Assembly (NCBI GenBank): GCA_045593885.1 | Contig: JAZNXN010000006.1 | Coordinates: forward strand, 5,283-69,282 | DNA from: Eubacteriales bacterium | GTDB lineage: Bacteria > Bacillota > Clostridia > Oscillospirales > CAG-272 | DNA length: 64,000 bases | Direction: 5' to 3' | Shown here: one piece after another, positions 18,889-28,069 of the stretch | Layout of the letters: every line of letters begins with the position of its first letter | How positions within the stretch are numbered: the stretch's first letter is position 1 | Program-made: the position numbers and the translations under genes | Notes under the pieces: generated by a model | Told to the model about the DNA's origin: nothing | What the model saw: only the letters and a program-made list of their open reading frames with translations | Database searches by the model: none

Positions 18889-19250
18889 GCCTTCTGCAGA
18901 CACTCGGCGTTGCCGTTTTGCTCTGTTTTATCATCTTCATCACGAGAGAAACGAGGCTATCCCCTCTCGTTATTTGTGCCTCGGGGATGCTTATACTCTC
19001 TCTTGCTCTGTCAAGATATGGGGGTATAGTGGAAAAGCTGTCCGCGCTCGCAGAGGCAGGGGGAGTCAGAGATGAGCTTTCCTTTATGCTGAAGGCGGGG
19101 GGCATAGCCCTTGCCGCCCATCTGTGTGCGGGGATGTGCAGAGATATGGGGCAGACATCGGTTGCGGACAAGGTGGAGCTTGTTGCCAAGGCGGAGATGC
19201 TCGTAATTTCTCTGCCTGTAATCGAGGGGCTTCTTACGTTATTTGTGTGA
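18885..19250 (+). CDS. spoIIIAD: stage III sporulation protein AD
   Basis: 121-aa polytopic protein; ATGA overlap with spoIIIAC. Confidence 0.85.
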   Translation: MSLLQTLGVAVLLCFIIFITRETRLSPLVICASGMLILSLALSRYGGIVEKLSALAEAGGVRDELSFMLKAGGIALAAHLCAGMCRDMGQTSVADKVELVAKAEMLVISLPVIEGLLTLFV

Positions 19251-19263
19251 AAAGGATAGGACT

Positions 19264-20364
19264 ATGAAAAAAAGGATTGCCTTGGGCGTGTTTTTTATGC
19301 TACTGCTCTTTTTTTGCTTTCAGGCTACGTGCTACGCAGAGGAGCGCGATTATGCGGGTGAGCTGTACGACTCGCTGCCCTCGCTTGCTCAAAATGCCTT
19401 CCCCGACGGAATAAGCTCAAATAGCGTGGCTGAGCGAAGCGGTATTACGGCGATTTTGTCTATGCTGACCGATGCTCTATCGGGGCAGCTGTCCGAGCGA
19501 GGCTTTATCCTCGCAACAATGCTTTCCCTATGCGTGCTGGGGTGCGTTGTTTCATCTATGTGCGAGGGGCTTTCCTCTAAAAAAGGGGTCAATACCTGTA
19601 TATCTCTTGCGCTCGCCGCCTCGCTATGTGCGATTTTATTGCCCTCAATCGAGGGGGTTATGGCATATCTTGCCGATATGAGCGCGCTGATGAACGCGCT
19701 CTCGCCGATAAGCGCGGCGATACTGTTAAGCGGGGCGTCCACCTCGGGTGCGGCGGCGAGTGCGGCGGGAATGAGCGCGGTTGCGGCGGTAACAGACAAG
19801 CTCTGCCTTGACGTTTTAACGCCTATATCTATTGCTCTGCTCGGCTTTTCGGTTTGCGACTCCTTCGGTGTGAAATTCCGCGCAGGTGCGATTTCGGGGT
19901 ATATAAGAAAGGCGTACGTTACCCTTATCGGCTTCGTATGTATGATAATCTCCTTTTCGATGGGTATGCAGAGCGCTATTGCGGCGAGCACAGACTCGCT
20001 GTCGGCAAGGTCGCTCAAATTCGTGGTCGGCTCGTCGCTGCCTATGGTCGGCTCGACGGTTTCCGCCTCGCTCTCTACGCTGGGCGCGTCGCTGTCGCTA
20101 ATAAAAAGCACCGTTGGGATTGGGGCGGTGATTGCCGTTTTGGCAATTGCTCTGCCCGCGCTCGCGTACATATTTCTCATTCGTTTTTCCCTGTCGCTTT
20201 GCGCGGGTGTATCCTCTCTTGCGGGATGCTCGGAATGTGAGAGGGTTTTCCGTTCCTTCTTTTCACTTTTCGATATGCTTCTCGCCGTGGTTGCTCTGAC
20301 GGGGGTTACTACCGTAATTGTCATTTCGATTTTCATAAAGTGTGCGCCTGCGATAGGAGGCTGA
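19264..20364 (+). CDS. spoIIIAE: stage III sporulation protein AE
   Basis: Signal peptide MKKRIALGVFFMLLLFF followed by a polytopic permease-like body; operon position. Confidence 0.85.
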   Translation: MKKRIALGVFFMLLLFFCFQATCYAEERDYAGELYDSLPSLAQNAFPDGISSNSVAERSGITAILSMLTDALSGQLSERGFILATMLSLCVLGCVVSSMCEGLSSKKGVNTCISLALAASLCAILLPSIEGVMAYLADMSALMNALSPISAAILLSGASTSGAAASAAGMSAVAAVTDKLCLDVLTPISIALLGFSVCDSFGVKFRAGAISGYIRKAYVTLIGFVCMIISFSMGMQSAIAASTDSLSARSLKFVVGSSLPMVGSTVSASLSTLGASLSLIKSTVGIGAVIAVLAIALPALAYIFLIRFSLSLCAGVSSLAGCSECERVFRSFFSLFDMLLAVVALTGVTTVIVISIFIKCAPAIGG

Positions 20365-20365
20365 T

Positions 20366-20827
20366 ATGAGTGCATATCTGTATTCGGTTCTGTTAACTGT
20401 TCTGATGGCAGGAGTAATCTGTACCGTCGTCAGCTCAAAAAACGATTCTATGCTCGCCTTTTGCGTATCTCTTGCGGTTATGGTGACGGTTTGTGCACCG
20501 CTGGCAAGTGTAGGAGAGGGGGATGTGCTCTCGTTCATAACCGATATTTTCGAGGAATCGGAGAAGATAGAGGAGAGCCTGCCCACCGAGGACGCAAGGG
20601 GTGCGGTAGAAGGCGGAATTGTGTCCGAGATATGCCGTGAGTTTTCGCTGAGTGCCGAGGACGTTTCGGTTAGTGCGGATATAGCGGTAACCGACGGTGG
20701 TATTATAATCGAGCGGGTGAGTGTGAATCTGTCAGGCGGTGCGATTGGTGCGGATGCACCGAAAATCGTTCATTATATTGAAAACGGCTTAGGCTGTGAA
20801 TGTGAGGTTCTGATAAATGGCAAATGA
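20366..20827 (+). CDS. spoIIIAF: stage III sporulation protein AF
   Basis: 153 aa with two N-terminal TM helices; operon position. Confidence 0.75.
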   Translation: MSAYLYSVLLTVLMAGVICTVVSSKNDSMLAFCVSLAVMVTVCAPLASVGEGDVLSFITDIFEESEKIEESLPTEDARGAVEGGIVSEICREFSLSAEDVSVSADIAVTDGGIIIERVSVNLSGGAIGADAPKIVHYIENGLGCECEVLINGK

Positions 20828-21290
20828 AAACGTATTTCTGCGTTATTTCAAGAATATGAAGGGCAGGTGGGTGCTTTTGCTCCTTTTTGCCTTCGGAATC
20901 ACACTTCTTTTGCTTGGTCGCGGTGGCGGTGAGGAGAGCGCCGTTTCTGAGCGCGATTATTTTGCCGCAGCCGAAGAATATCGGGCGGCGCTCGAGGCGG
21001 AGCTATGCGAGCTATGCAGCTCTATCGAAGGGGTTGGCGCGGTCAGCGTTACCGTAACGCTTGAAAACGGCGAGGAATGTGTGTACGCAAAAAACGAGAG
21101 CACCGGCAGCTACGTGACAAGCTCGGGCGAGGGGCTTTTGCTATACAAAAGGCTGCCGACGGTGCGCGGTGTTGCGGTGGTCTGCGAGGGCGGTGACCGC
21201 GACGACGTAAGGCTATCGGTGACGGAGGCGGTGAGCACCGCGTGCGGTATTGGAGCGAATAAAATAAGCATATCCAAAAAAAGCTCGTAA
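20817..21290 (+). CDS. spoIIIAG: stage III sporulation protein AG
   Basis: 157 aa, N-terminal TM, C-terminal ring-building-motif-like domain (VRGVAVVCEGG). Confidence 0.8.
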   Translation: MANENVFLRYFKNMKGRWVLLLLFAFGITLLLLGRGGGEESAVSERDYFAAAEEYRAALEAELCELCSSIEGVGAVSVTVTLENGEECVYAKNESTGSYVTSSGEGLLLYKRLPTVRGVAVVCEGGDRDDVRLSVTEAVSTACGIGANKISISKKSS

Positions 21291-21360
21291 AAGTGGAATA
21301 ATCCGCAAGAGAGAGAAATATATTGTATCAAACAAGAAAAACGCCTCGGAGGGAATAAAG

Positions 21361-21912
21361 ATGGCAAAAATCAACTTCTCGGGAAAGAAAAAAATCTTTT
21401 CCAAAATAGGCAAAAGAAATGTAATCATACTTGCCGCAGTACTGATAATCGGACTCGCCGTTTACCTCAATTACACCTTCTTCTACGACGGCTCTGCTAC
21501 CGTACCCGAAGCAGATGCTCCAGTAACCGAGGGAACGGAAATAACCGAAACGACGGTTTCCGCCGACAACTATTTCACAGCAACTCAGCTCAGCCGACAG
21601 AGAGCGCGCGATGAGGCTCTCGAGGTTTTGCAGACGGTAGTTGACAGTGAGAGCGCGCTCGAGGAAACGAAGGCAGAGGCCCTCGCAGAGATGGCACGCA
21701 TTGCTTCGGATATCGAAAAGGAGTCGAGAATTGAGACGCTGATAACCGCAAAGGGCTTTGAGCAGTGCATAGCTGTAATCAACGAGGATAAGATAAGCGT
21801 TGTGGTCAAGAGCGATTTTGACCTTCAAAAGAGTCATTTGGCGCAGATAAACGAGATTGTTATGTCGGAGTCGGGAATTTCGCCCTCTAATGTAAAGATT
21901 ATCAAAAAGTAA
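21361..21912 (+). CDS. spoIIIAH: stage III sporulation protein AH
   Basis: 183 aa, N-terminal TM, C-terminal YscJ/FliF-like region; last gene of the operon. Confidence 0.8.
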   Translation: MAKINFSGKKKIFSKIGKRNVIILAAVLIIGLAVYLNYTFFYDGSATVPEADAPVTEGTEITETTVSADNYFTATQLSRQRARDEALEVLQTVVDSESALEETKAEALAEMARIASDIEKESRIETLITAKGFEQCIAVINEDKISVVVKSDFDLQKSHLAQINEIVMSESGISPSNVKIIKK

Positions 21913-21970
21913 TATTTTGGGCTGTAGTATTAAAAATTCAAGAAAGACAATATAAAAATTGCGAAGGCAA

Positions 21971-22008
21971 GGGCAGAAGCACCGATATAGGTACCTCTGC
22001 CCGTTTTT
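21971..22008 (+). terminator. probable spoIIIA operon terminator
   Basis: GGCAGA...TCTGCC hairpin followed by CGTTTTT. Confidence 0.45.
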
Positions 22009-22149
22009 CATTTCCGTTCACTCTCTCAGCGTACCCTTGTGCGACTTCGGGGCGCGAACAAAAAATTCTCTATGAATCCGTTAGCCACTGTTCTGTTCTC
22101 ACGCAGGGGCGTGGGTGGAAATATAATGTATATAAATAAGAAATTTCTA

Positions 22150-22178
22150 TTGACTTTGCATAAAAAATATGCTATATT
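22150..22178 (+). promoter_or_regulatory. promoter TTGACT-17-TATATT for asd
   Basis: TTGACT 22150-22155, TATATT 22173-22178. This leaves only about 30 nt of leader. Confidence 0.55.
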
Positions 22179-22213
22179 TATATGCAATAAGAACAAAACC
22201 CAAGGAGAATATT

Positions 22214-23296
22214 ATGCAGAAGCTGAAAGCCGGAATTGTTGGCGCGACGGGCATGGTCGGTCAGCGATTCATCACTCTGGTTGAAAACCACCCCTATTTT
22301 GAAATAACGGCGCTCGTTGCCAGCCCCCGTTCCGCAGGTAAGAAATACCGCGAGGCAGTTGACGGCAGATGGAAGATGAAGACTGAGATTCCCGAGAGCG
22401 TTAAGGATATGGAGATTATATCCTCTGAGGATATTGATAAGATTTCCTCCCTCGTTGATTTCGTTTTCTGTGCGGTTGATATGAAGAAGGACGAGATACG
22501 CGAGCTTGAATACAAATTCGCACGTGCGGAGATTCCCGTAATCTCTAACAACTCAGCGCACAGATGGACGCCCGACGTTCCTATGGTAATACCCGAAATC
22601 AACCCCGAGCATCTATCTGTAATTTCCGACCAGAGAAAGCGTCTGGGCACTACGCGCGGCTTTATCGCGGTTAAGCCCAACTGCTCTATTCAGAGCTACG
22701 TTCCCGCGCTCACCCCTCTGCTCAAATACAAGCCCACCACCGTTCTTGCCACCACCTATCAGGCAATCAGCGGCGCGGGCAAGACCTTCAATGAGTGGCC
22801 CGAGATGATAGACAACGTTATCCCCTACATAGGCGGCGAGGAGGAAAAGAGCGAGCAGGAGCCTCTCAAAATCTGGGGCTCTGTTGAAAACGGCGAGATA
22901 GTTAAGGCGAAGGAGCCGCTTATCACTACCCAGTGCATCCGCGTTCCCGTTACCGACGGTCACACCGCAGCAGTTTTCGTTAAATTTGAGAACAAGCCGA
23001 GCAAAGAAGACATACTCAACGCATGGAAGGAATACAAGGGCCGCGCTCAGGAGCTGGAGCTTCCCTCTGCGCCCGAGCAGTTCCTCACCTACTTTGAGGA
23101 GGATAACCGCCCTCAGGCTCGCCTTGACCGCGATATTTACGGCGGTATGGGTATAACCATCGGCAGACTGCGCGAGGACAGCGTATTCGATTACAAGTTC
23201 GTAGGACTTTCCCACAACACCCTGCGCGGTGCCGCAGGCGGAGCCGTTCTTATTGCAGAGCTGCTCTACCGCGAGGGATACCTTACTGCTAAATAA
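22214..23296 (+). CDS. asd: aspartate-semialdehyde dehydrogenase
   Basis: MQKLKAGIVGATGMVGQRF..., active-site region NCSIQ; 360 aa from ATG 22214 (AAGGAG RBS). Confidence 0.93.
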   Translation: MQKLKAGIVGATGMVGQRFITLVENHPYFEITALVASPRSAGKKYREAVDGRWKMKTEIPESVKDMEIISSEDIDKISSLVDFVFCAVDMKKDEIRELEYKFARAEIPVISNNSAHRWTPDVPMVIPEINPEHLSVISDQRKRLGTTRGFIAVKPNCSIQSYVPALTPLLKYKPTTVLATTYQAISGAGKTFNEWPEMIDNVIPYIGGEEEKSEQEPLKIWGSVENGEIVKAKEPLITTQCIRVPVTDGHTAAVFVKFENKPSKEDILNAWKEYKGRAQELELPSAPEQFLTYFEEDNRPQARLDRDIYGGMGITIGRLREDSVFDYKFVGLSHNTLRGAAGGAVLIAELLYREGYLTAK

Positions 23297-23308
23297 TTAA
23301 TATATAAA

Positions 23309-23490
23309 AGGGGATGCTTCATTTCGGCATAACCGCAAGCAAAAAAGTGAGGGACAAAAAGTTCCTCACTTTTAATTTTACTAAAATCTATATCCCGTTG
23401 ACAACAAGGAAAAAATCTGCGTTTTTTGGTTTATTGCAGTTTTTTGTACTTCTGCCCGATGCCGTATAGAATACGGCGAGCTTGGTGGAA
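23309..23490 (-). repeat. MITE-like terminator-bearing intergenic repeat, copy A (inverted relative to copies B and C)
   Basis: The reverse complement of 23310-23440 aligns almost base for base with 29950-30078: ...ATAAACCAAAAA..TTGTCAACGGGATATAG.TTTTAGTAAAATTAAAAGTGAGGA.CTTTTTGTCCCTCACTTTTTTG.TTGCGGTTATGCCGAAATGAAGCA. Confidence 0.8.
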
Positions 23491-23520
23491 AAAGGAAAAG
23501 GATGTCAAAATACGCCGCTA

Positions 23521-24036
23521 TCAAGCAGGAGATATGAGCCCGTATGCACCGTCATTGCGTCTATATACAAGACAGGTTTTGTTCTCATCACTGTCAAGGT
23601 AAATAAAGAAGGTGTGACCTGAAAGGTTCATCTGCATTATCGCTTCCTCTCTCGTCATCGGCTTCATCTCAAAGGTCTTTGTGTGTATAACGTACTCGCC
23701 CTCCTCGCCCTCAACGTCGGGAGCATAGTCCTCAAATGCGCTTGCGCGAAGTCGTTTTTCAAGGCGCGTTTTGTTCTTCCTTATCTGTCTTTCAAGCGAT
23801 TCGAGCGAGCGGTCAAGCGCGGTCTGGAAGGTGTCGCTTCCCTCCTCGCTTCTGAAAAGAGTTCCGTTATATGAAATCGTTATTTCTATTATCTGACTTT
23901 GGTGCTTGCAGGAGCATTTCACGTCTGCTACGGTGTCCTCGCCAAAGAACTTATCAAGCTTTGAAAGCTTTTTCTCAATTAATTCCCGAAGGCTGTCCCT
24001 TACGTTCATCTGGCGTGCTGTAATCTTGATTTTCAT
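23521..24036 (-). CDS. hpf: ribosome hibernation promoting factor (long form)
   Basis: MKIKITARQMNV...LSKLDKFF..., C-terminal dimerisation domain; ATG 24036 follows AGGTGG. Confidence 0.9.
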   Translation of the reverse strand: MKIKITARQMNVRDSLRELIEKKLSKLDKFFGEDTVADVKCSCKHQSQIIEITISYNGTLFRSEEGSDTFQTALDRSLESLERQIRKNKTRLEKRLRASAFEDYAPDVEGEEGEYVIHTKTFEMKPMTREEAIMQMNLSGHTFFIYLDSDENKTCLVYRRNDGAYGLISPA

Positions 24037-24217
24037 ATAGTGTACCACCTTTGCTATTCTTTGCAAATACCTCGTATCTGCAATTTAATTATAGCATAGG
24101 TTTTTGTAAAAATAAACAGTTTTTGGAGAAATTTATTTAATTTTTTGTGAATTATAGACAAAAAGCGAGCAATTTGTATCTTTTTTTCGAAAAAATCGAC
24201 TTTATTTTCTTGCGGTG

Positions 24218-24246
24218 TTGACGGATGGGTTAATGTATGGTAAAAT
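24218..24246 (+). promoter_or_regulatory. promoter TTGACG-17-TAAAAT
   Basis: TTGACG 24218-24223, TAAAAT 24241-24246. Confidence 0.5.
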
Positions 24247-24270
24247 GGAATTTAGAGTGAGGTGGAGAAA

Positions 24271-24957
24271 ATGATTGATACACTGTTTTTAGACCTTGAC
24301 GATACCATTCTTGATTTTCACAAGGCTGAAGCGGTTGCGATAGCTAAGGCCATGCGCGCGCTCGATATCGAGCCGAGCGAGGAAAACATCACCCTTTACA
24401 GCAAGATCAACGATATGCAATGGAAGCGGTTTGAGCGCGGCGAGCTCACTCGTGAGGAGGTTTTGTCGGTACGCTTTGAGCTTTTGTTTAAGGAGCTGGG
24501 AATCGAGCGCTCGGTTGCAAGAGCGAGAGAGCTGTACGAGGGGCTGCTCGGTCAGGGGCATTTCTTTATGGACGGCGCAGAAGAGCTTTTGAAGGAGCTA
24601 TACGGCAAATACAGAGTATTTGTAGCCTCAAACGGAACGGCGAGAATACAGAAGGGGCGCATTGAGAGCTCGGGCATTTCCCGATACGTTGACGGAATAT
24701 TCATATCGAGCGAGCTTGGTGTAAATAAGCCGAGCCGTGATTTTTTTGATAAGTGCTTCTCGCTTGCGGGCGGAGTTGAGCGCGAGCGTGCCATTATGGT
24801 GGGCGATAGCCTCACCTCCGACATTCTCGGCGGAAAAAACGCTGGTATTCTGACCTGCCTATACAATCCGCGCGGCAAGGAAAATGCCACGGATATAATT
24901 CCCGATTACGAGATAAGCGCGCTCTCGGAGCTGCCGATTCTGCTTAAAAAAATATAA
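24271..24957 (+). CDS. HAD-superfamily hydrolase (YjjG-like nucleotidase subfamily IA)
   Basis: Motif I FLDLDDT, motif II ASNG, motif III/IV K...VGDSLTSD. Confidence 0.8.
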   Translation: MIDTLFLDLDDTILDFHKAEAVAIAKAMRALDIEPSEENITLYSKINDMQWKRFERGELTREEVLSVRFELLFKELGIERSVARARELYEGLLGQGHFFMDGAEELLKELYGKYRVFVASNGTARIQKGRIESSGISRYVDGIFISSELGVNKPSRDFFDKCFSLAGGVERERAIMVGDSLTSDILGGKNAGILTCLYNPRGKENATDIIPDYEISALSELPILLKKI

Positions 24958-24958
24958 A

Positions 24959-25100
24959 GGGGCTTAGTCATTAAGAATTCAGTAAAGCTCGGATTTTCTA
25001 CCTTATTGCCGTTAGGATACAGGCTTTTGTAAAATTAAAAGTGAGGAACCTTTTGTCCCTCACTTTTTTGTTTGCGGTTATGCCAAAATGAAGCAGTCCC
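24959..25100 (+). repeat. MITE-like repeat, copy B (short form)
   Basis: Shares the 5' end GGGGCTNAGTNATTAAGAATTCAG and the 3' 75 bp (AAAATTAAAAGTGAGG...GCGGTTATGCCAAAATGAAGCAG) with copy C, and lacks the internal part of copy C. Confidence 0.8.
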
Positions 25101-25107
25101 TTGTTGC

Positions 25108-25695
25108 TTACTGCTCAAATACCTTGAGTATTCTCGCCATTGATTCGTTGTATTCCGCATCTGACGAATTCTTGAAAATGAGGAAATCGTCGGGAACGGT
25201 AGGATCGTCAATGCCCTCGGGAATGCTGTAATCGCGGGTTGAGATGTATTCATCCCAATTCGCAAGCTTCCACGTGTCGCGGGGGGAATTGCGCGCTACC
25301 ATACGCTGACGGCATACCTCAAGAGTGGTTTCAACCCAGACAACAGTGAGACGGGCATTGTGCATCGCCAGCTTCCTTTTAAGCTCCCTTATATATTCGG
25401 GATTTCTCACCTCGCGGGTGAAGGGTGCGTTGATGAGCACGGTGTCCGCGTATTCGAGTGCCTCCATAGCCAGATTAACGATTACCTCATACTCGGGGTT
25501 TCTGATATACCTCTCAAAGAACTCGGAGCTGCGGTTACGCTCGTGGCCGCCCACGTCAAAGATAACGTGCGACAGGGGAATGAGCGTATCCTTGTCAAGA
25601 TAGACGATATTTTTAATGCTCTTCGCGAGCATCTTGGATATATATGTTTTTCCGCATGCGGGCGGTGAGGTTACAAGTATTAGTCTTTTTTTCAT
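25108..25695 (-). CDS. P-loop kinase-like ATP-binding protein (AAA_33/zeta-like fold)
   Basis: N-terminal Walker A SPPACGKTY; 195 aa; no other diagnostic motif recognised. Confidence 0.65.
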   Translation of the reverse strand: MKKRLILVTSPPACGKTYISKMLAKSIKNIVYLDKDTLIPLSHVIFDVGGHERNRSSEFFERYIRNPEYEVIVNLAMEALEYADTVLINAPFTREVRNPEYIRELKRKLAMHNARLTVVWVETTLEVCRQRMVARNSPRDTWKLANWDEYISTRDYSIPEGIDDPTVPDDFLIFKNSSDAEYNESMARILKVFEQ

Positions 25696-25929
25696 TTTAA
25701 TTTTTTTACCTTTATTTCCCTTGATAAAATTATAACAATGTGATTATACAACAAACAGAACAATAAGTCAAGTGCAAATCGACATTTTTTTGCATATTTT
25801 TAGGCATTTTTTTACTTTTTTCTCTTTTTATTCCCGGGAACTGATTTGTTAATTTTCATTTTGGTTGTTGATTTTATTTTTATTATGCTCTATAATTAAG
25901 ATACAAACAGATTTTTGAGAGGATTTTTG

Positions 25930-27774
25930 ATGGATATAAATTACAAAAGGGCGCTTGACCTTATCGAAGGTTATTTTATAAAAAAGGAAAGCCGTGTGGC
26001 GCAGATACCCTATGTGGCGCAAAAAACCGCTTCCTCGTACGGAAAAAACGCCGTGCGTGACCTTTCGCGCGCCCTGCCCGAGAGTGTCGGAATATCTTCC
26101 TCTCACATTGATGAATTTCTCTTGGCTCTTGAGCGCGAGCCGAGCGCGATTGTGCACAGTCTTCTCATCGTTTGCGACGGCAAGGTGATTTGCGATGCGA
26201 GCGCACCCGGATACGACACGAAGGAATGGCATCTCTGCCATTCAATGTCAAAATCGGTAACGGCATTTGCTATCGGTATGCTGATAGACGATAAGCGCCT
26301 CTCCCACGACACAACCCTTGCGGATATTTTCGGCAAGGCGGTTAGCAAGGAAATGCGCGCGGTTACCGTTAAAAATCTGCTTGAAATGAGCGTTCCTCAC
26401 ACCTTCGGCGAGCTTGGCTCTATCGTCAGCGAGAGCTGGACCGCAGATTATCTTTCGGGCTCATTGAAGGGGGCGGTTGGCGAGGCTCTTTCCTACAACA
26501 GCATGAATTCCTACATACTTTCGGTAATTGTAAAAGAGGTTAGCGGCGTTGACCTGTTTGAATTTTTGAAGGTGCGCCTTTTTGCTCCTCTGGGCATCAG
26601 AAACGTTTTCTGGGAAAAATCGCCCGAAAAAATCAGCAAGGGTGGTTGGGGGCTCTACATAAGCAATTACGATATGGCAAAGATAGGGCTTCTCTGCCTC
26701 AACGGCGGTATGTGGAACGGCACAAGGATAATCAGCGAGGAATTTATAAAGGGCGCTACCGCTATAAGTATGCAAAGCAATGATGACGGCGATTACGATT
26801 ACGGTCAGCACGTCTGGGTAAATAAGAATTCCCGATCCTACCTTTTTAACGGCATGCTCGGACAGAATCTATGGGTGTGTCCCGAAAGCAATATGCTCAT
26901 TTCTGTATTTTCGGGAAACGACGAGCTGTTCCAGAGAAGCGCCTTCCTCTCTCTTTTAGACAAGTTCTTCGACCCCTCACGCTTTTCACGCAGAAATCTG
27001 CGGAAAAGCAGACGCGCGTACAAGCGTCTTCTTGGGCACGAACGCGATTTTTTCGCAAGCAGAAGCTTCACCGAGCCGACAAAACGCGGATTTTTCTCAC
27101 GTATTTTCAGGAAGGCACCAAGTGCCGATGAGTTTTTCGGCAGACAATACGACATTGTAAAGAATAACGTGTCGTTGCTTCCCCTTTTCGTCCGGGTGAT
27201 GCAGAACAATTATACCGATTCGCTCACCTCGCTTATGGTTATGCCCGCAAGAAACGGACTCGAATTCACCTTCACCGAGGGTATGCTCGTGCATAAAATC
27301 AGGGCAGGCTTTGGCGAGTTTATCCGAGGCGAGCTTGATTTCAACGGCGAGCTCTACGCGGTAGCTGCACGGTGTGAGGTTACCAGGAGCGAGGACAGAG
27401 AAAAAATGATAAAGCTTGAGCTTATCTACCCCGAGCTTCCCAACGCCGTAAGAATCAGCCTCTATTATGATAATATGCAAAATATCCGCATAGGGCTTCG
27501 CGAAATACCAGGCAAGAATATGGCAGAGAGGCTGATGGGCTCACTGTCCGATATATTGCCGCGCTCGTTTGGACTGCTCGTTATGATGAAGCCGCAGTTT
27601 AACCCCGAGCTTTTGGGCTACAAAATAGCAAATGCGTTTTCACCCACGGTTTTCGGCACCATCCACGTTGACAGCGAGCACCTCCTGCAGCCGAAGGAAG
27701 ACACCGTTCTCACCGAGGAAGAAAAGCCCGCCGAGGCGGAAAAGCCCTCGGAAGAACCCGCGCTCATCAATTAA
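25930..27774 (+). CDS. serine hydrolase, beta-lactamase/PBP4*-like family, with about 280-aa C-terminal extension
   Basis: SxxK motif (SMSK) and YN motif (SYNSMN) in the first 330 aa. The tail ends in an acidic/Pro-rich EEEKPAEAEKPSEEP. Confidence 0.75.
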   Translation: MDINYKRALDLIEGYFIKKESRVAQIPYVAQKTASSYGKNAVRDLSRALPESVGISSSHIDEFLLALEREPSAIVHSLLIVCDGKVICDASAPGYDTKEWHLCHSMSKSVTAFAIGMLIDDKRLSHDTTLADIFGKAVSKEMRAVTVKNLLEMSVPHTFGELGSIVSESWTADYLSGSLKGAVGEALSYNSMNSYILSVIVKEVSGVDLFEFLKVRLFAPLGIRNVFWEKSPEKISKGGWGLYISNYDMAKIGLLCLNGGMWNGTRIISEEFIKGATAISMQSNDDGDYDYGQHVWVNKNSRSYLFNGMLGQNLWVCPESNMLISVFSGNDELFQRSAFLSLLDKFFDPSRFSRRNLRKSRRAYKRLLGHERDFFASRSFTEPTKRGFFSRIFRKAPSADEFFGRQYDIVKNNVSLLPLFVRVMQNNYTDSLTSLMVMPARNGLEFTFTEGMLVHKIRAGFGEFIRGELDFNGELYAVAARCEVTRSEDREKMIKLELIYPELPNAVRISLYYDNMQNIRIGLREIPGKNMAERLMGSLSDILPRSFGLLVMMKPQFNPELLGYKIANAFSPTVFGTIHVDSEHLLQPKEDTVLTEEEKPAEAEKPSEEPALIN

Positions 27775-27801
27775 AAAAAGCACCCTCTCGGGTGCTTTTT
27801 T
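27775..27801. terminator. intrinsic (bidirectional) terminator
   Basis: AAAAA-GCACCC-tctc-GGGTGC-TTTTTT. Confidence 0.8.
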
Positions 27802-27828
27802 GCTGGAGCTTCTTAACGTAAATCGAGC

Positions 27829-28036
27829 CGTTATATTTCATCACGGCAGAGCCGTGTATATCATCCGCAGCTTGTTGCGGTATATCATCAATTTTGCAGA
27901 AACTGTATATCGTCAAGTCGCAGATAATACACGCTAAAAGTGTGATGACATCCAGCCTAAAGGCTGATGATATACGCCTTCGGCGATGATATGCACGCTA
28001 ACGCGTGATGATATGCCATTGCTTTCGCAATGAATA
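27829..28036. repeat. array of constant 8-10-mers (ATATCATC on the left, GATGATAT on the right) alternating with variable mini-hairpins
   Basis: See finding. Motif copies at 27831, 27856, 27880, 27905 (one orientation) and 27944, 27966, 27985, 28007, 28030 (opposite orientation). Seven spacer hairpins with unrelated stem sequences. Confidence 0.7.
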
Positions 28037-28069
28037 AAAAAAACGACAGGTTTCGACCTGTCGTTTTTT
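28036..28069 (-). terminator. terminator downstream of the tRNA gene (bidirectional)
   Basis: A8-CGACAGGT-ttcg-ACCTGTCG-T6. Confidence 0.8.

Noticed and set aside
21913-22213. A lysine (L-box) riboswitch upstream of asd.
   Set aside because: A good promoter at 22150..22178 leaves only about 30 nt of leader. The upstream 240 bp shows no L-box-like multi-stem conservation that I can recognise.
27829-28036. A CRISPR array or REP/BIME interpretation of the GATGATAT array.
   Set aside because: The repeats are only 8-10 nt with 9-16-nt spacers, against 25-40 nt for CRISPR repeats. The orientation flips mid-array and no cas genes are present. REP elements have conserved palindromes, whereas here the palindromes are the variable part.
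27945-28039. Overlapping mini-ORFs inside the array: ATG in each GATGATATG, stops at a later TGA or TAA; 9-15 codons, for example MICTLTRDDMPLLSQ.
   Set aside because: They are a by-product of unit spacings of 22/19/22 nt, each 1 mod 3. They have no RBS and lie between two terminators. I mention them only as a curiosity.
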